DNA of 64,000 nucleotides from the human T2T-CHM13v2.0 reference genome, Homo sapiens. Below the pieces are notes generated by a model. That model ran no database searches. It was not told the origin of the DNA and saw only the letters and a list, made by a program, of their open reading frames with translations. Positions within the stretch are counted from its first letter, which is position 1. Every line of letters begins with the position of its first letter. Both the position numbers and the translations under genes were made by a program. Where the stretch lies: assembly GCF_009914755.1 (NCBI RefSeq), contig NC_060925.1. One strand, written 5' to 3'. Below, in pieces: positions 30,012 through 46,140 of this stretch.

Positions 30012-33000
30012 AGACTATGTAAATATATTTTTCTTCTTTACTCTTAACTACTTTAAAAGATAATCAGATGAAATGATAATTCTAAAACTATTGTCAGGCT
30101 TATAATATATAAAGATGTAATATATGTAACAATGAATAGCACAAAAGAGGAGGGAGGAAATGGAGTTATGTTGAAGAAAACTGTCTATATTTTACTGGAA
30201 TTATTAGTATTAATCTAAAATAGATTGTGATTAAAAATAAAAATAAAATAAAATAGATGTGATAAGATACATAATGTAATTCTGTTATGCAAGGTGAACA
30301 AGTTCTGGAGAACTCATGTACAGTATGATAATGATAGTTAACAACACTGTATTATATACTTGAAATTTGTTAAGAGGGTAGATCTTAATATTCATACACA
30401 CACACACACGACGGTAACTATGTAAAGATAGTGGATATTTTAAGTAGTGTGATTGTGATGATCATTTAACAATGTACACATATATCAAAACATCAAGATG
30501 TACACGCTAAATATATGTGTAGTTTTTATGTCACTATCATCTAAATAAAAATGCTAAAAATGCTCAAGGAAAAGGGATAGTTTAACTGTGAACCCAAGCA
30601 AGTCAGGGCCAAACACACCGATGGCAGACAAGTTTCAAAGAGAACTGAAGGAAAGCAGACCTGCAGGAGGTCCATGAGCCAGAGTTCCAGGCTTGGGACA
30701 GCTATGAAGTTTTGGGCCTGGCTGTGGTCTGGGCCCCCAGCCATCAGGCCTGATTCAAAGCCATCAGGCCCCTTCTTCTATACGCATTTTAAGGGAATCT
30801 TTAGCTTCTTTTCTGTGGAAAGTTCCCATAGAGTTATCAGAGCTTAGACCCTGTCCAATGCTGGAAAGGAAGCTTGAACAATTTTATCTTAGTTTAGGTT
30901 CCCCCATAAGAAGGCCCCGAGGCAAGTATTCAATGTTAACTTGAGACATGGTCCCAGAAAGCAGGTAGAGGAGTGAGAAAGTGAGACACAGAAGAGATGG
31001 TAATCAATACAGGGTGCATGATCAGGCCAGTTACTATTGTTAGCAACTGGAAGTTAATTACATAAGGGAATCTCAGGAAATGCTCTAGGAAATGTGCCTC
31101 AGAAAGATGAGAGGGCTGAAGTATTTGGCCCATCTATGCAGCAATTTCAGTCAGCCATTACTGAGGGTTGCTAAGGGAGAGTTTGATAGTTACTGCAGGG
31201 GCAAACATAGAGATGCAGATACTGGTTGATCAACTTTTCATTTGTTTATTGATCATTCGGGTCTTCTCTTCAGTGAATCATCCATTCGTGTGCTTTGCCC
31301 ATTTTTCTATTAGGTTATCTTTTTCTTATTGATTGGTAGGAGTTATTTATATATTCAGATACTAATATTTTCTTCATTATATGTGTGGCAAATGTAATTT
31401 TCCAGATTATGGTTCATCTTTTTACCTTATGATATCATTCAATAAATAGTTATTATTTTTAATGTAAAAAAATTAGAAGAGAACTAAAAATATATATAAT
31501 AAAAAAGCCAAGAAAACGAAGATAGAGCTCTGGAAAATATTTATTTAACACAAAAGAATGGAGAAACAAAGGGAAAAAAAATGAGACATATGGAAAATAA
31601 CAGTGTGGCAGACAAGCCCCAAATACAAATGCATTAAAAACTCCAATAAAAATACAGAGATTATAAAACTAGATTTTTTAAAGAACAAAATCCAACTATA
31701 TGCTATCAACAAAAGCCACACGTTAGATTCAAAGATCCAAAATGGCTGAAAATGAAAGGATGGAGAAAAATAATCCATGCAAACAATTACCACAAGAAAG
31801 TTGGAGTGGGTATACTAATATCAGGCAAAGTAGACTTTCAGGAAAAAATTAAGTGTTCTGAGACCAAAAAGAAAAAAAAAAAAGACATGCTATAATGATG
31901 AAAAGATCATAAATAAGAGTTATAAACATATACACACCTAAAAACTTAGTGCCAAATACATGGAACCAAAACCGACAGAATTTAAGGGAGAAATAATCAA
32001 TTTAACAATAATAGTTGGACACTTCAATACCTTCACTCTTAATAATTGATAGAGAAACTAGACATAAAATCAGCAAGGTTACAAAGACTTCAACAGTATA
32101 GTAAAACAACTTGAACTAATTGACATGATAGAAGACTCCACTAACAACAGCAAAACACATATTCTTTTGAAGCAAACATGTAACATTCTTGAGGAGAGAC
32201 CGAATGCCAAGCCATAAAACAAGCCTCAGTAAATTTCAAAGGATTGAAATCATACGAAGTATGTTCTTTGACCACAGTAGAACTAAATTAGAAAGTTTCC
32301 AACAAAAGGAAAGTTGGGATATTAATAACTATGTGGAACTTTTACAACGTACTCCTAAATGGGTGAAAGAAGAAACTGCAGAGAAATTAGAAAATACTTT
32401 GAGATACATGGAAACAAACAAAAACATAATATAAAGATGTTCTTTAAGAGAAATCTATAGCTATAAATACTTATATTTAAAAAGAGCAACCTCAAATCAA
32501 TAACCTAACCTTCCACCTTAGGAAAATACCAAAAGGAAAGAAAACCAAACCCAAAGCATGCAGATGGAAGAAAATAATAAAGATTAGAGAAGAAAGTAGA
32601 GAATATAAAACCAGTAGGGAATACCAATAAAACCAAAAGTTGGTTCTTTGAAAAGATCAACAAAATTGACAAGTTCTTTGCTAGACTGACCAAGAAAAAA
32701 TGAAGAAAAGACTCAAATTATTAAAATCAGGAATTAAAGAGGGAATATTACTATCAATATTACAGAAATTAAAAAAAGATTATAAGAGAATACTATGAAC
32801 AATTGTATGCCAACATAGTAGATCACTTAGATAAAATGTCTTTCCTAGAAATATATAAATTACTGAAACTGAAGAATTAGAAAATCTAATAGAGCAGTAA
32901 CAAATAAGGAGATTTAATTAGGAATTTAAAAACTTCCCACAACAAAAGCCCAGAGCCAAATGGCTTCACCAGAGATTTCTACCAAACATCTAAGGAAGAA

Positions 33001-33686
33001 TTAACACCATTCCTTCACAAACCGTCCCAGAAAATAGAAGAGGGAATACTTCCCAATTCATCTATAAGGTCAGTAACATCCTAATACCAAAACTAGACAA
33101 AGTCATCATGAGAAAAGAAAACTACAGGCTAATATCCCTTATGAATATAGTGGAAAAAAATCTGAACAAAATCTTAACAAACCAAAACCAGCAACATATA
33201 GCAAGTATTATACATCATAAACAAGTGAGATTTACTGCAGGAATGCACATTTGGTTTAATATTTTCTAAAAATCATTAATGCAATATATCTATTAATGGA
33301 ATTAAAAGCAAAAACCACACAATAATCTCAGGAGATGCAGAGAAGCACGACAAAATCCAACACCATTTTTTTTTACTCTCAGCAAAAAGGAAAAGAAGGA
33401 AGCTTCAGCAACCTAATAAAGAGCTTCTGTGAAAAACTTACAGCTAGCCTTATGCTTAACAGTGAAAGACAAAATGCTTTTCCCCTAAGATTGAGAACAA
33501 AGCAAGAATGTTTTGCCTTACAATTTCTATTCAACACTATACTAGAAGTTCTAGCCAGTGCAATTAGGTAAGAAAAAGTGGGGAAAGGGCATCCAGATTG
33601 GAAAAAATAAAGGGAGCAAGCCCATCCTTATTCACATTCCACATGATCCTGTTTGTGGAAAATCCTAAGGACAAGCAACCCAATTA

Positions 33687-34300
<614 letters not shown>

Positions 34301-34314
34301 AAATGAAGAAACAG

Positions 34315-34890
34315 TTACCTTGTTATGGCTGAATTTTATTGTACATATATACCACATTTCCTCTATCTGTTCTTCTGTTGATGGACATTTGGCTTATTAG
34401 CTCTTGTGAATAGTGCTGCAATAAGTGGCAACATGGAAGAGCCTGGAAGGCCTCATGTTAAGCAAAATAAGTTAGGCAAGGAAAGAGAACTACTGCATGT
34501 TCTCACTCATGTGAAAACTGAGAAACAAAATTCGAACTCACAGAAGTAGAGAGTAGAATTATGGGTATTAGAGGCCAGGAAGGGGAGAGGAGGGGAGAAA
34601 GGGAGAGTTTAGTTAATTAATACAAAATTATAGCTACATAGGAGGAATGAGTTCTGGTGTTTTGCAGCACTGTAGGCTGAATATGGTTTACTATAATTTA
34701 TTGAATGTTTTCAAAATGCTAGAGGAGAGGATTTTCAATGTTCACAACACAAAGGACAATGTTTGAGGTGATTAATGTATTTACTCCAATTTGATTATTA
34801 TACATTATATGTTCATATGGAATTATCACTCTGTATCCCATAAATATGTACAATTATCACATCAACTAAAAAATAAAAGGAAAAAATAAA
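34315..34890 (+). mobile_element. Short L1MA-type element with inverted 5' segment
   Basis: 34315-34427 is reverse-oriented L1 sequence that normally precedes the forward piece starting ggcaacatggaagagcctgg. Confidence 0.65.
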
Positions 34891-37800
34891 TACCTTACAA
34901 AAGCATATGAAAAGGTGCTCAATATCAGTTGTCATTAGGGGAAACAATAACGAGATACCACAACATCCCTATTAAAATGACCAAAACCCAAAGAACTGAT
35001 AATAGCAATTACTGACAAGGATACAGAGCAATAGGAACTCTCATTCATAGCTGGTGGGAATTGAAAATAGCACAGCCACTTTGGAAGACAGTTTAGCAGT
35101 TTCCTACAAAGCTAAACATAGTCTTGCCATATGAGCCAGTAATCATGCTCCTACACATTTACCTAACTGATGTGAAAACTTACGCCCACATAAAAACCTG
35201 CACAGGAATGATTATAGCAACTTTATTCATAATCACCAAAAACTGGAAGCAACCAAGATTCCTTCAATAAAGCAAATGAATAAACACACTGTAGTAGTAC
35301 ATTGATACAATGGAATATTATTAAGAGATAAAAAGAAATGAGCTCTCAAGCCACAAAAAGACATGGGTGAATTTCAAAGGTATATTGCTAAGTGAAAGAA
35401 GTCGGTCTGGAAAGGCAACATATTATATGATTCCACTTATATGACATTCTGGAAAAGGCAAAACTATGGAAATGGTAAAAATATTTGTTGTCTAAGGGTT
35501 TGGTGGAAAGAAAGTGAAACACAAGATATTTTAGGATGGTAAAAATTCTGTATACTATAATGGTGAACACATGACACTATATATTTGTCAAAGCCCATAG
35601 AACTTGATGACACAAAGAATGAGCCTTAATGTTTACAAATTTAGAAAAAAAAGTCATTTTGGAGGTCTGGTAATCCCAGGATGAAATGCAGAATGTGAAA
35701 GAAAAATCAAACCATGTTGCAAGTGTGTGACACAAACTCACTGAAGAGGATTAGGGGAAAAGGAGCCAATATAAAAAGTGGTTTGGGGGTAAAGTTAACC
35801 ATTCCAATACCACAATACACATATACTGGAGTTGAATAATGAAGTAAATGGATGGCAGATGTTGGAAACCAGTTTTCTCACTATTGGAGGGCAGAGCTAA
35901 ACAAGGGAAAGAGACTAAAATGATCATGTAGTAACAGAGTTGGAGACATAAGTTAAACTTATTTTTAGCTTAAAATAGGTGATTGGATATAGAAATTTTA
36001 TAGGAATGTGTGTCTATAAGGGTTAGTATACAAACATTTATTTATTTGCTGTGTCAGCTGGGAGGGCTTACAGGCAGTGATCTCCAGTAGCAATGAGTAC
36101 ACCTAGCTCCCAGATCTTGGTTTCTAATACCATTCTCCAATAAAAGGAACCAGGACTCCTTGGGAAAATTGCTGATTATAGGACTGGGACAGGAAATATA
36201 CAATATGAGCCTGGAGAATCCTGTAGTGCTACAAGTGAAGTGCTAAAATAATCATGGGGTTATGTCAGAGGGACACAAGAGCCAACTAAAAGAGTTCACA
36301 GTGGCCAAAGCTGGAGCAAGAAAACAAAGAAATAAAGTGGTATTAAATAATAATCCAAAGTGTATAATAAATATCCATGGGCCCATACTTATATAAATAA
36401 ATGACTAAATAAATAAGTAAATGAGGGAGAATAGACAAATCTCCCATTCAGAAGATATCCACATAATGTACGTAGGTAGTCTACCCTCAAGAAGCTGGGC
36501 ATAACTCCTCACTCCTTCACTGAGGGCTGCACATAGTGACGTTCTCCCAAAGAGTACCATACAGGAAGGGGGAAAAAAGAGTAACTTCACAGTGGAGAAA
36601 CCTGACAAACACCGCCTTATCTAGGTGATCAAGTTCACCAACAAAAATGATAAATCATGGTGAGTATAATCATGAGAAAAACAGCAGGAAAATCCTAGTT
36701 AAGTGACATTCCATAAAATACCTGATCAGAACCCCTTGAAACTCTTAAGGCCATCAAAAATAAGGAAAGTGTGAAAAACTGTCACAGTCAAGAGTAGCTT
36801 AAGGAGATTTGGCTGCTAAATGTAATATAGTATCCTGGAAGAAATTCCGAAGGAGAGAAAAATTATTAGGTTAAAAACTAACAAGATCTGAAAAAAGTAT
36901 GGACTTCAGTTAATAATAATATATCAATTTTGGTTCATTAATGGTAACAAATGTAATATACTAATGTTAGATGCTAATAGGGGAAATTGGATGTGGATAT
37001 ATGACAGTTCCCCATACTATCTTGGCAATTTTTCTGTGAGTCTAAAACTCTTCTAAAATAAGTTTATTTTTAAAAATAGACAAAAGATTTGAATAGATGT
37101 TTCACAAAAGACGATACCTGAATGGTTAATCAGCCCATGAAAAGATGTTCGGCTTCATTAGTCATTAGGGAAATGCAAATTAAAACCACAATAACACTAA
37201 ACACCCACTTGAATGGCTATAATCAAAAAGATAGTTAATAGCAATCATTGACAAGATTGTGTATAAACTGAACTTTCATACAGTGCTTGTGGGAATGTAA
37301 AATAGTACAACTACTTTGGAAAATGGTTTGGCTATTTCTTATAAAGTTTAACATAGATTTACCACATAATTGAGCAATTCCATTTCTCTGTCTCTACACA
37401 AGGGAAAATAAAACAAGTATCCACTCAAAGACTTGTATGGAAATGTTCATAGCAGCATTATTCATAATCAAGAAGTAGAAACCATTCAAATGTTCATCAA
37501 TGGATAAACAAAATGTGATATGTCCATACAATAGAATACCATTCAGCAATAAAAAGGAACAAACTACTGATACACATACAACATGAAAGAACTTATTATG
37601 CTAAGTAAAATAAATCAGATACATTAGACTTCATGGTATATAATTTCATTTATATGAAATGCCAAAAATAGGCAAATCAATAGAGATGAAAACATATTAG
37701 TGATTGGGCCTGAGAGTTGGATGGTGATTGACTGCCAGTGGGCTTGAAAGATCTTTTTGGGGTGAAGGCAATTGTTCCAAAACTGAATTGTGACAAGGGT

Positions 37801-38314
37801 TGCATAAGTCTGTAAATGTACTAAAAAGCATTGAATTATCCACTTAAAACAGGTATAAGCTGTAAATTACACCTAAATAAAGCTGTTTTTAAAACAATAC
37901 TTACTTTGCCATTATTCCCCAAAAGCATTTATTAAGTACCTATTGCTCAAAATAAAAAGGAAAAGATCTATCTAGTTACTTATAAATGAAGAATCAAATA
38001 TTGACAGTGACATGAAGATGGTTTATAAGCCTATCTGTGCTTTTTTCAAGATTATGTTCTCTTTCCAGTGAAATTTTCTCATATATTTAAAGAGGCTATG
38101 GAAAGATGAAAATATTGAAAGTGGATGAGTGCCTTATAAAAATTTTGATAAAATATTTAAATTATGTTTAATATGACTCCCAAAAGGTTATAAATAAAAA
38201 TAGTCTGGGGTATTTTTACATCAAAATTTCTAGCACAAATAATAAACAGAAAACTATACGTTGAAAGATTCCCAGAAAATGTATGTCATGTGTTGTATTT
38301 CTTTTCTCCCAAAG

Positions 38315-38512
38315 ATTGGAATAGATGGATGTGGGAAAAAAACATGTGCAACCTTGGCCTGTTATTTGACAGATAATAAACTATACCGAGTGCCTATATC
38401 TCACAAATGTGCCTACATCGAATTCAAAGAAGTCTTTAAAAAGGTGTTTATTCACGCAGGATTAAAAGGGAAACCCACTGTTCTGATGGTTCCCAATTTA
38501 AACATAGAACAA
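38315..38512 (+). CDS. DNAH14: Exon (198 bp, phase 0-0) with AAA4 P-loop IGIDGCGKKT...AGLKGKPTVLMVPNLNIEQ
   Basis: ttttctcccaaag| acceptor, CAA|gtaagt donor. Confidence 0.94.
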
Positions 38513-39016
38513 GTAAGTACTTTTTGTCTTTGCTATTTGCTGAAGTTTGATATCTATGTGGCTACCCCCTCCCCAAAAATTTAATATTTGAAAAGAAAAC
38601 AAGAAAATATTTATCAATGGTTCTATTACCCTACAATATCAGTTTTCTTGCAGTATTCTCTGTTCTTATCTAGTCATAGCCCACACAGTTTATATATTTG
38701 TAATGACGCCATAGGTAGTTATGAATAAATATTTCAATAAAGGTATTTTCTATGTCATTATCTTGTTCATTTTAATTGACAGATTGGAAGTAATTTATCT
38801 GTGTAGCTGAGGTCATCTGTCTTATATCAGAACTAGCTTTATAATCTGTATTTTAAAAACCCTTTCATCTATATCCAGTATCTGTAATCTACAGTTAGAT
38901 ATGTAATCTACAATCTGCTCTTACAGCATCCAGGCTTCTGTTTCTCTCCATTACTCTTCTGCTCTATTTTCACTGTCAGATGCAGGACTTTCCTTACAGA
39001 ATATGTTATTTTTGTC

Positions 39017-39061
39017 ATATATATATGTGTGTGTGTGTGTGTATGTGTGTGTATAGATATA

Positions 39062-39112
<51 letters not shown>
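39017..39112. repeat. (TG)n/(TA)n compound microsatellite
   Basis: Direct inspection. Confidence 0.92.
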
Positions 39113-39114
<2 letters not shown>

Positions 39115-39837
39115 CCTCCAAGTCTGTGGCTTGTCTATTTTCTTTTCAAATTAAATTCAATTAAATGTTTTAAATTGACATGATAATTGTACATGTGTTT
39201 ATGGGGTATAGTGATGTTTCAATACATGTAAGAGCAGATTACCATAACTAGCATATTCATTATCTCAAACATTTATCATTTTTGTGTTAGGAGCATTCAA
39301 TATCCTCCTTCTAGCCATTTGACACTATATAATATATTATTGTTATGTATAGTTATCCTACAATGCTATAGGTTAGTAGAACTTATTCCTCCTCTCTAGC
39401 TGTAATTTTGTATCCCTTAAAAAATCCCTCCCTATCCTTCTCTCCCTTTCCCCTACCTTTCTCAGCCTCTAGTATCTTCTGTTCCACTTTTTACTCCTGT
39501 GAGATCCACTTGTTTTTAACTTTTATATATGAGTGAGAGGATGTGGTGTTTAACTTTCTGTTCCTGGCTTACTACACTTAGCATAATCATGTTGCCACAG
39601 TGACAGGATTTCATTCTCTTTTATGGCTGAATTGTATTTTATGAAGTATATATACCATATTTTCTTTAGTCATTCATTCACTGGTGGACACTTAGGTAGA
39701 TTCTGTATCTTGGCTATTGTGAAAAGAGCTGTTATAAACATGAGGGTGCAGATGTTTTCTTGATATACTGATTTCCTTTTCTTTGGATAAATGCCCAGAA
39801 GTGGGATTGCTGGATCTTATGATCATTTTATTTGCAG

Positions 39838-40043
39838 TTTTTGTTTTGTTTTGAGACAGAGTATTCCTCTGTCACCCAGGCTGGAGTGCAGTGGTGCAAT
39901 CATGGCTCACTGAAGCCCCGACCTCCGAGGCTCAAGTGATCCTCCCACCTTAGCCTCCCAAGTAGCTGAGACTACAAGACTGCACAACCACACCCAGCTA
40001 ATTTTTTTGTAGAGGCGGGGTCTCACTGTGTTGCCCAGACTCA
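39838..40043 (-). mobile_element. Truncated AluJ/FRAM-like
   Basis: Alu right arm plus part of left arm; flanks at(t/a)tg(c/t)agttttt. Confidence 0.85.
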
Positions 40044-41401
40044 TATGTAGTTTTTTGAGGAACCTCCATACTATTTGCCATAATGGCTGTACTAGATTAC
40101 ATTCCCACCGACAGTGTACAAGAGTTCCCTTTCTCCACATCTTCACCATCATTTGCTATTTTTTGTCTATTTGATGATAGCCATCCTGACTGGGGAGAGG
40201 TGATAGCTTATCATGGTTTTGATTTGCATTTCCCTGTAATTAGTGATATTGAGCATTTATTCATTTTTTTGGCCATTTGTATGTCTTCTTTTGAGAAATA
40301 TCTGTTCACATCATTTGCCCATTTTTTAATCAGGTTTTGTTTTGTTTTTCGTTCTTTATTTTTTGTTTTTGCTGTTAAGTTTGAGTTCCTTGTATATTCT
40401 AGATATGAATCCTCTATTGGATGAATCATTTGCAAATATTTTCTCCTATTCTGTAGTTTGTCTTTTCATTCTATTGTTTCCTTTGCTGTACAGAAGGAAA
40501 TTTACCATGCTTTTTAGTTTGATATAATTCCATTTGTTTATATTTGCTTTTGTTGCCTGTGCTTTTGAGGTCTTATTTATAAATTCTTTTCCAAGACCAA
40601 TGTCCTGAAGCATTTCCCTTATGTTTTCTTCCAGTAGTTTTATAGTTTCAGGTCTTACATTTAGCTCTTTAATTAATTTTGAGTTGATTCTTGGATGGGG
40701 TGAGAGGTGGGGGTCTATTTTCATTCTTCTATATATGGATATTCAACTTTCCCAGCACCATTTATTGAAGACTGACTTTTTTCCATTGTATGTTCTCAGT
40801 GCATTTGTCAAAAATGAGTTGGCCATTGATACATGGATTAATTTCTGGGTACTCTATTCTATTCCATTGGTCTATGTGTCTGTTTTTGTTCCCATACCAT
40901 GCTGTTTTGGTTACTATAGCTTTGTAATGTATTTTGAAGTCTGGTAGTGTGATGCCTCCAATTTTGTTCTTTTTGCTCAGAATTGCTTTGGATTTTTGAG
41001 ATATTTTGTGGTTCTATTTGAATTTTAGGAATTTTTTTCTATTTCTGTGAAGAATATCATTAGCATTTTTCAGAGATTGCAACAAATCTATAGATTGCTT
41101 TAGGTAGTATGGTCATCTTAACAATATTAGTTTTTTTGATTCATGAACATGGGATGTCTTTCCATTTGTTTGTACCCTGTTCAGTTTCTTCTATCAGCGT
41201 TTTGCAGTTTTCCTTGTAGAGTTCTTTCATCTTCTTTGTTCAAATTTATTCCCAGGTATTTTATTTTATTTATTGTAGCTATTCTAAATGGGATTGCCTT
41301 TTTAATTTTTTTCACCTAGTTTGCTGTTCATATATAGAAACATTACTGATTTTTGTATCCTGCTACTTTGCTGCATTCATTTTTCAGTTCTAAGAGATTT
41401 T

Positions 41402-42253
41402 CATCAACCCCATAAAAAAGTGGGCAAAAGACATGAACAGACACTTTTCAAAAGAAGACATACATGTAGCCAACAATTATATGTTAAAAAGCTCAACATC
41501 ACTGATAGTTAGAGAAATGCAAATCAAAACGACAATAAGATACCATCTAACACCAGTCAGAATGGCTACTATTAAAAAGTCAAAAAATAACAAATGCTGA
41601 TGAGGTCATAGAGAAAAAGGAATGCTTATACATGGTTGGTGGGTGTGTAAATTGGTTCAGCCACTGTGGAAGACATTGTGTCAGTTCCTCAGAGACCTAA
41701 AGACAGAAATACCATTCAACCCAGCAATCCCATTAGTGGGTATATACCAAGAGGAATATAAATCATCCTATTATAAAGATACATGCATGTGTATGTCACT
41801 GCAGCACTATTCACAATAGCAAAGACATGAAATCAACCTAAATGTTCATCAGTGACAGGCTGGATAAAGAATATGTAGACATATATACCATGGAATACTA
41901 TGCAGCCATAAAAAAAGACCATATCCTTTGCTGTGACATGGATGGAGCTGGAGGTCATTATCCTTAGCAAACTAACACAGGAACAGAAAACCATATACTA
42001 AATGTTTTCACTTATAAGTGGGAGTTAAATGATGAGAACAGATGGACACAGAGGGGAACCATACACACTGGGGCCTTTCAGAGTGTGAAGGGTGGGAGGA
42101 GGGAGAGAATCAGGAAAAAAACTAATGAGTACTAGGCTTTATACCTGGCTGATGAAATAATCTGTACAACAAACCCCCATGACACAAGTTTACCTATGTA
42201 AAAAATTTGCACTTGTACTTCTGAACTTAAAATAAAAGTTTTTTTTTTAAAAA
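41402..42253 (+). mobile_element. 5'-truncated older L1PA inserted in opposite orientation into the L1MA
   Basis: L1 3' end ...gaacttaaaataaaag; flanks aagagatttt / aagagttttt. Confidence 0.9.
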
Positions 42254-42943
42254 AAGAGTTTTTTGGTAGTCTTTATGTATTTATAAGACCATGTCATCTG
42301 GAAATGGGCAATTTGACTTCCTCCTTTTTAACTTGGAGGCCCTTAATTTCTTTCCTTTATCTAATTGCTTTGGCTAGAATTTCCAATGCTATGTTGAATA
42401 AGAGTGGTGATAGTGGGCATTATTTTCTTGTTTTAGCTCTCAGAGGAAAAGCTTTGAGCTTTTCCCTATTCAGTATGATGTTAGCTGTGGGTTTGTCACA
42501 TATGGCCTTTATTGTGTTGAGGTACTTTCCTTCAATAGCTAATTTATTGAGAGTTTTTATCATGAAAGGATGTTGGATTTTATTTAATGCCTTTTCAGCA
42601 TCTATTGAGATGATTGTGGTTTTTTTTCTATATTCTGTTTATGCAGTGTATCATGTTTATTGATTTGCATATCTGGAACCATCCTTGCATTCCTGACATA
42701 AATACCAGTTGATAATGGTGTATTATCTTTTTGATGTGTTGTTGGATTCAGTTTGCTAGTATTTTGTTGAGGATTTTTGTATCTAGATTCATCAGGAATA
42801 TTGGCCTATAGTTTTCCTTTTTCATCACATCCTTACCTGGTTTTGGTATCAGTGTTATGCTGACCTCATAGAATGAGTAAGGAATAATTTCCTCTTTAAT
42901 ATTCTGGAATATCTTGAGAATAATTAATATTAATTTGTCTTTA

Positions 42944-43340
<397 letters not shown>

Positions 43341-44563
43341 TTATTACTGATCAATCTTGTTACTTATTATTAGTCTGCTCAGGTTTTCTATTTCTTCTTG
43401 GCTCAATCTTGATAGACTATATGTGAATTTAATCATTCCCTCTAGGTTTTTGAATTTATTGATGTGTTGCTGTTCATAATAGTCTCTAGTAATCCTGGGT
43501 ATTTCTATGGTATCCATTGTGATGTATTCTTTTTCACTTCTGATTTTATTTATTTGGATCTTTTCCGTTTTTAGTTTGTCTAACTAATAGTTGTTCAGTT
43601 TTGTTTTTCTTTGCAAAAAAACTTTTGGTTGTGTTGATCTTTGATATTGTTTTTTATTATCAATTTCATTTATTTTGCTGTGATTTTTATTATTTATTTC
43701 CTTCTACTAATTTTGGGTTCGTTTGTTCTTGCTTTTTGTAGTTCCCTGAGATGGATTGTTGGGTTATTTATTTGAAATCTTTCTTTTTTATGTAGGCATT
43801 TATTGTTATAAACTTGCCTCTTAATACTGCTTTTCCTGCACCCCTAGGTTTTGTTATGTTGTGTTTGCATTATCATTTGTTTCAAGGAATTCTTAAATTT
43901 CATTCTTAATTTCTTCCTTCATCCATTTGTTGTTCAGGAGCATACTGTTTAATGTCCATGAATGTTACAGTTTTGAATGTTGCTCTTGTTATTGATTTCT
44001 AGTCATATTCCATTGTACTCAGATAAGATACTTGATATGATTTTGATTTTTAAAAATTTGTTATTGAGACTTGTTTGTGTTCTAACATGTAGTCAGTCAT
44101 GCAGAATGTTCCGTGTGCTAATGAAAAGAATGTGTATTCTGTTGCTGTTGAGTGAAATGTTCTTTAAGTGTCTGTTAGGTCCACTTGGTCTATGGTGCAA
44201 TTTAAATCTGATGTTTGCTGATTTTCTGTCTAGATGAACTATTTAATGCTGAGAATGGGGTGTTGAAATCCCCAACTATTATTGTATTGGGGTCCCTCTC
44301 TTCCTTTAGATATAATATTTGATTTATATATCTGGGTGCTCCAGTGTTGGGTACATATATATTTACAATAGTTATATTCTCTTGCAGAATTGATTCCTTT
44401 ATTATTATATAATGTCCTTTGTCTCTTTTTACAGCTTGACTAGAAATCTGTTTTACCTGATATAAATATAGCTACTCCTGCTTGTGTTTGGTTTCTGTTT
44501 GCATGGAATATCTTTTTCTATCCCTTCACTGTCACTCTATGTCTGTCTTTACAAGTGTGGTGA

Positions 44564-44806
<243 letters not shown>

Positions 44807-46140
44807 TAATCCATTTAAATTCAAAGTTATAATAGATTGGTGAGGAACTATTTATCTCTTTTGTTGATTGTTTTCTGGTTGTTTTGTGTATCCTTCCTCT
44901 CTTATCGTTTATGTTTGTGGTGGGTGGTTTTTTTTTTTTTGCAGTGATAGGGTTTGATTCCTTTCTTTTTTCCCCTTTGTGTATTGGCTCTACCAGTGAG
45001 TGTTATAGTTTTGCATGTTTTCATAATGGTGGTTATCATCTTTTCACTTCCACTTGTAAGACTCCCTTGAGCATTTCTTGTAAGGCTACGCTAGGGGTGA
45101 TGAATTCCCTCAGGTTTTGCTTGTCTTGGGAAGATTTTATTTCTCATTCATTTCTGAAGGATAGCTTTGTTGGATATAATTTTCTTGGCTGGCAGTTTCC
45201 TTCAGTTCTTTGACTATCTCATCCTATTCTCTCCTGTCCTTTAAGGTTTCTGCTGAGAAATCTGCTGTTGTTCTGCTGGGGTTTCCCATTTATATGATGA
45301 CATTTTTCTCTTGCCATTTTTAGAATCTTCTCTTTGTCTTTGAATTTTGACAGTTTGACTGTAATGTTCCTCAGATAGGCTTTTTTGGGGTTGAATCTAC
45401 TTGGGGACATTGGAGCTTCCTGGATCTGTATGACTAACACTCTCTGAAGACTTGGGATTGTTTTCAGTTATTATTTAATTAAATGCTTTCTACATCTTTT
45501 CCCTTCTCTTCTCCTTCTGGAATGCCTTTAAGTTCAGAAATTCTTTCTTCTGCTTGGTCTTATCTATTGTAGAAGCTCTCAATTGTATATATTTTTTCAT
45601 TGAAATCTGTAGCTCTGAGATGTGTTTTTGATCCTTTTTGTGATATATATCTCCCTATTGAATTTCTCATTCAAACCATAAACTATCTTCCTGATTTTGT
45701 TGAGTTGTCTATCTTTATCTTGTATCTTACTGCATTTCTTTAAGATTATTCTTTTACATTTTTTTTCTGTCATTTTGTATATTTCTGTATGATTGCAACC
45801 TGTTACTGGTGAGCTATTGTGTTCCTTTGGAGATTTCATGTTTCCTTGCTTGTTCATGTTTGATGTGTCCCTTCATTGATTTCTATGCATCTGGAAAAGC
45901 AATCACCTTTCCAACTTTATGGAGTAGCTTTCATAAGGAGAGACTTATTCATAGGTATGGGTTTTACAGTGTCAGTCATTGGGTGCATGGCCTTGATTCT
46001 AGATGGATACAGTAGTGTAGTCTCCATGTAGTTTCTTCAGTTGTAATCCATGCTGGTGACATTTGCAAATGTCTCAGCAGCCTAGGCTGTGAGGGTTTGT
46101 GGAGGCAATGGTGCAACTTTGCTGGAGGTGGGCTCACCAG

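Noticed and set aside
30885-31210. Possible ERVL/LTR16-like fragment; similar weak repeat-like stretches at ~50930-51400 and ~58660-58860
   Set aside because: Resemblance too weak to assign a family or boundaries without a Dfam search
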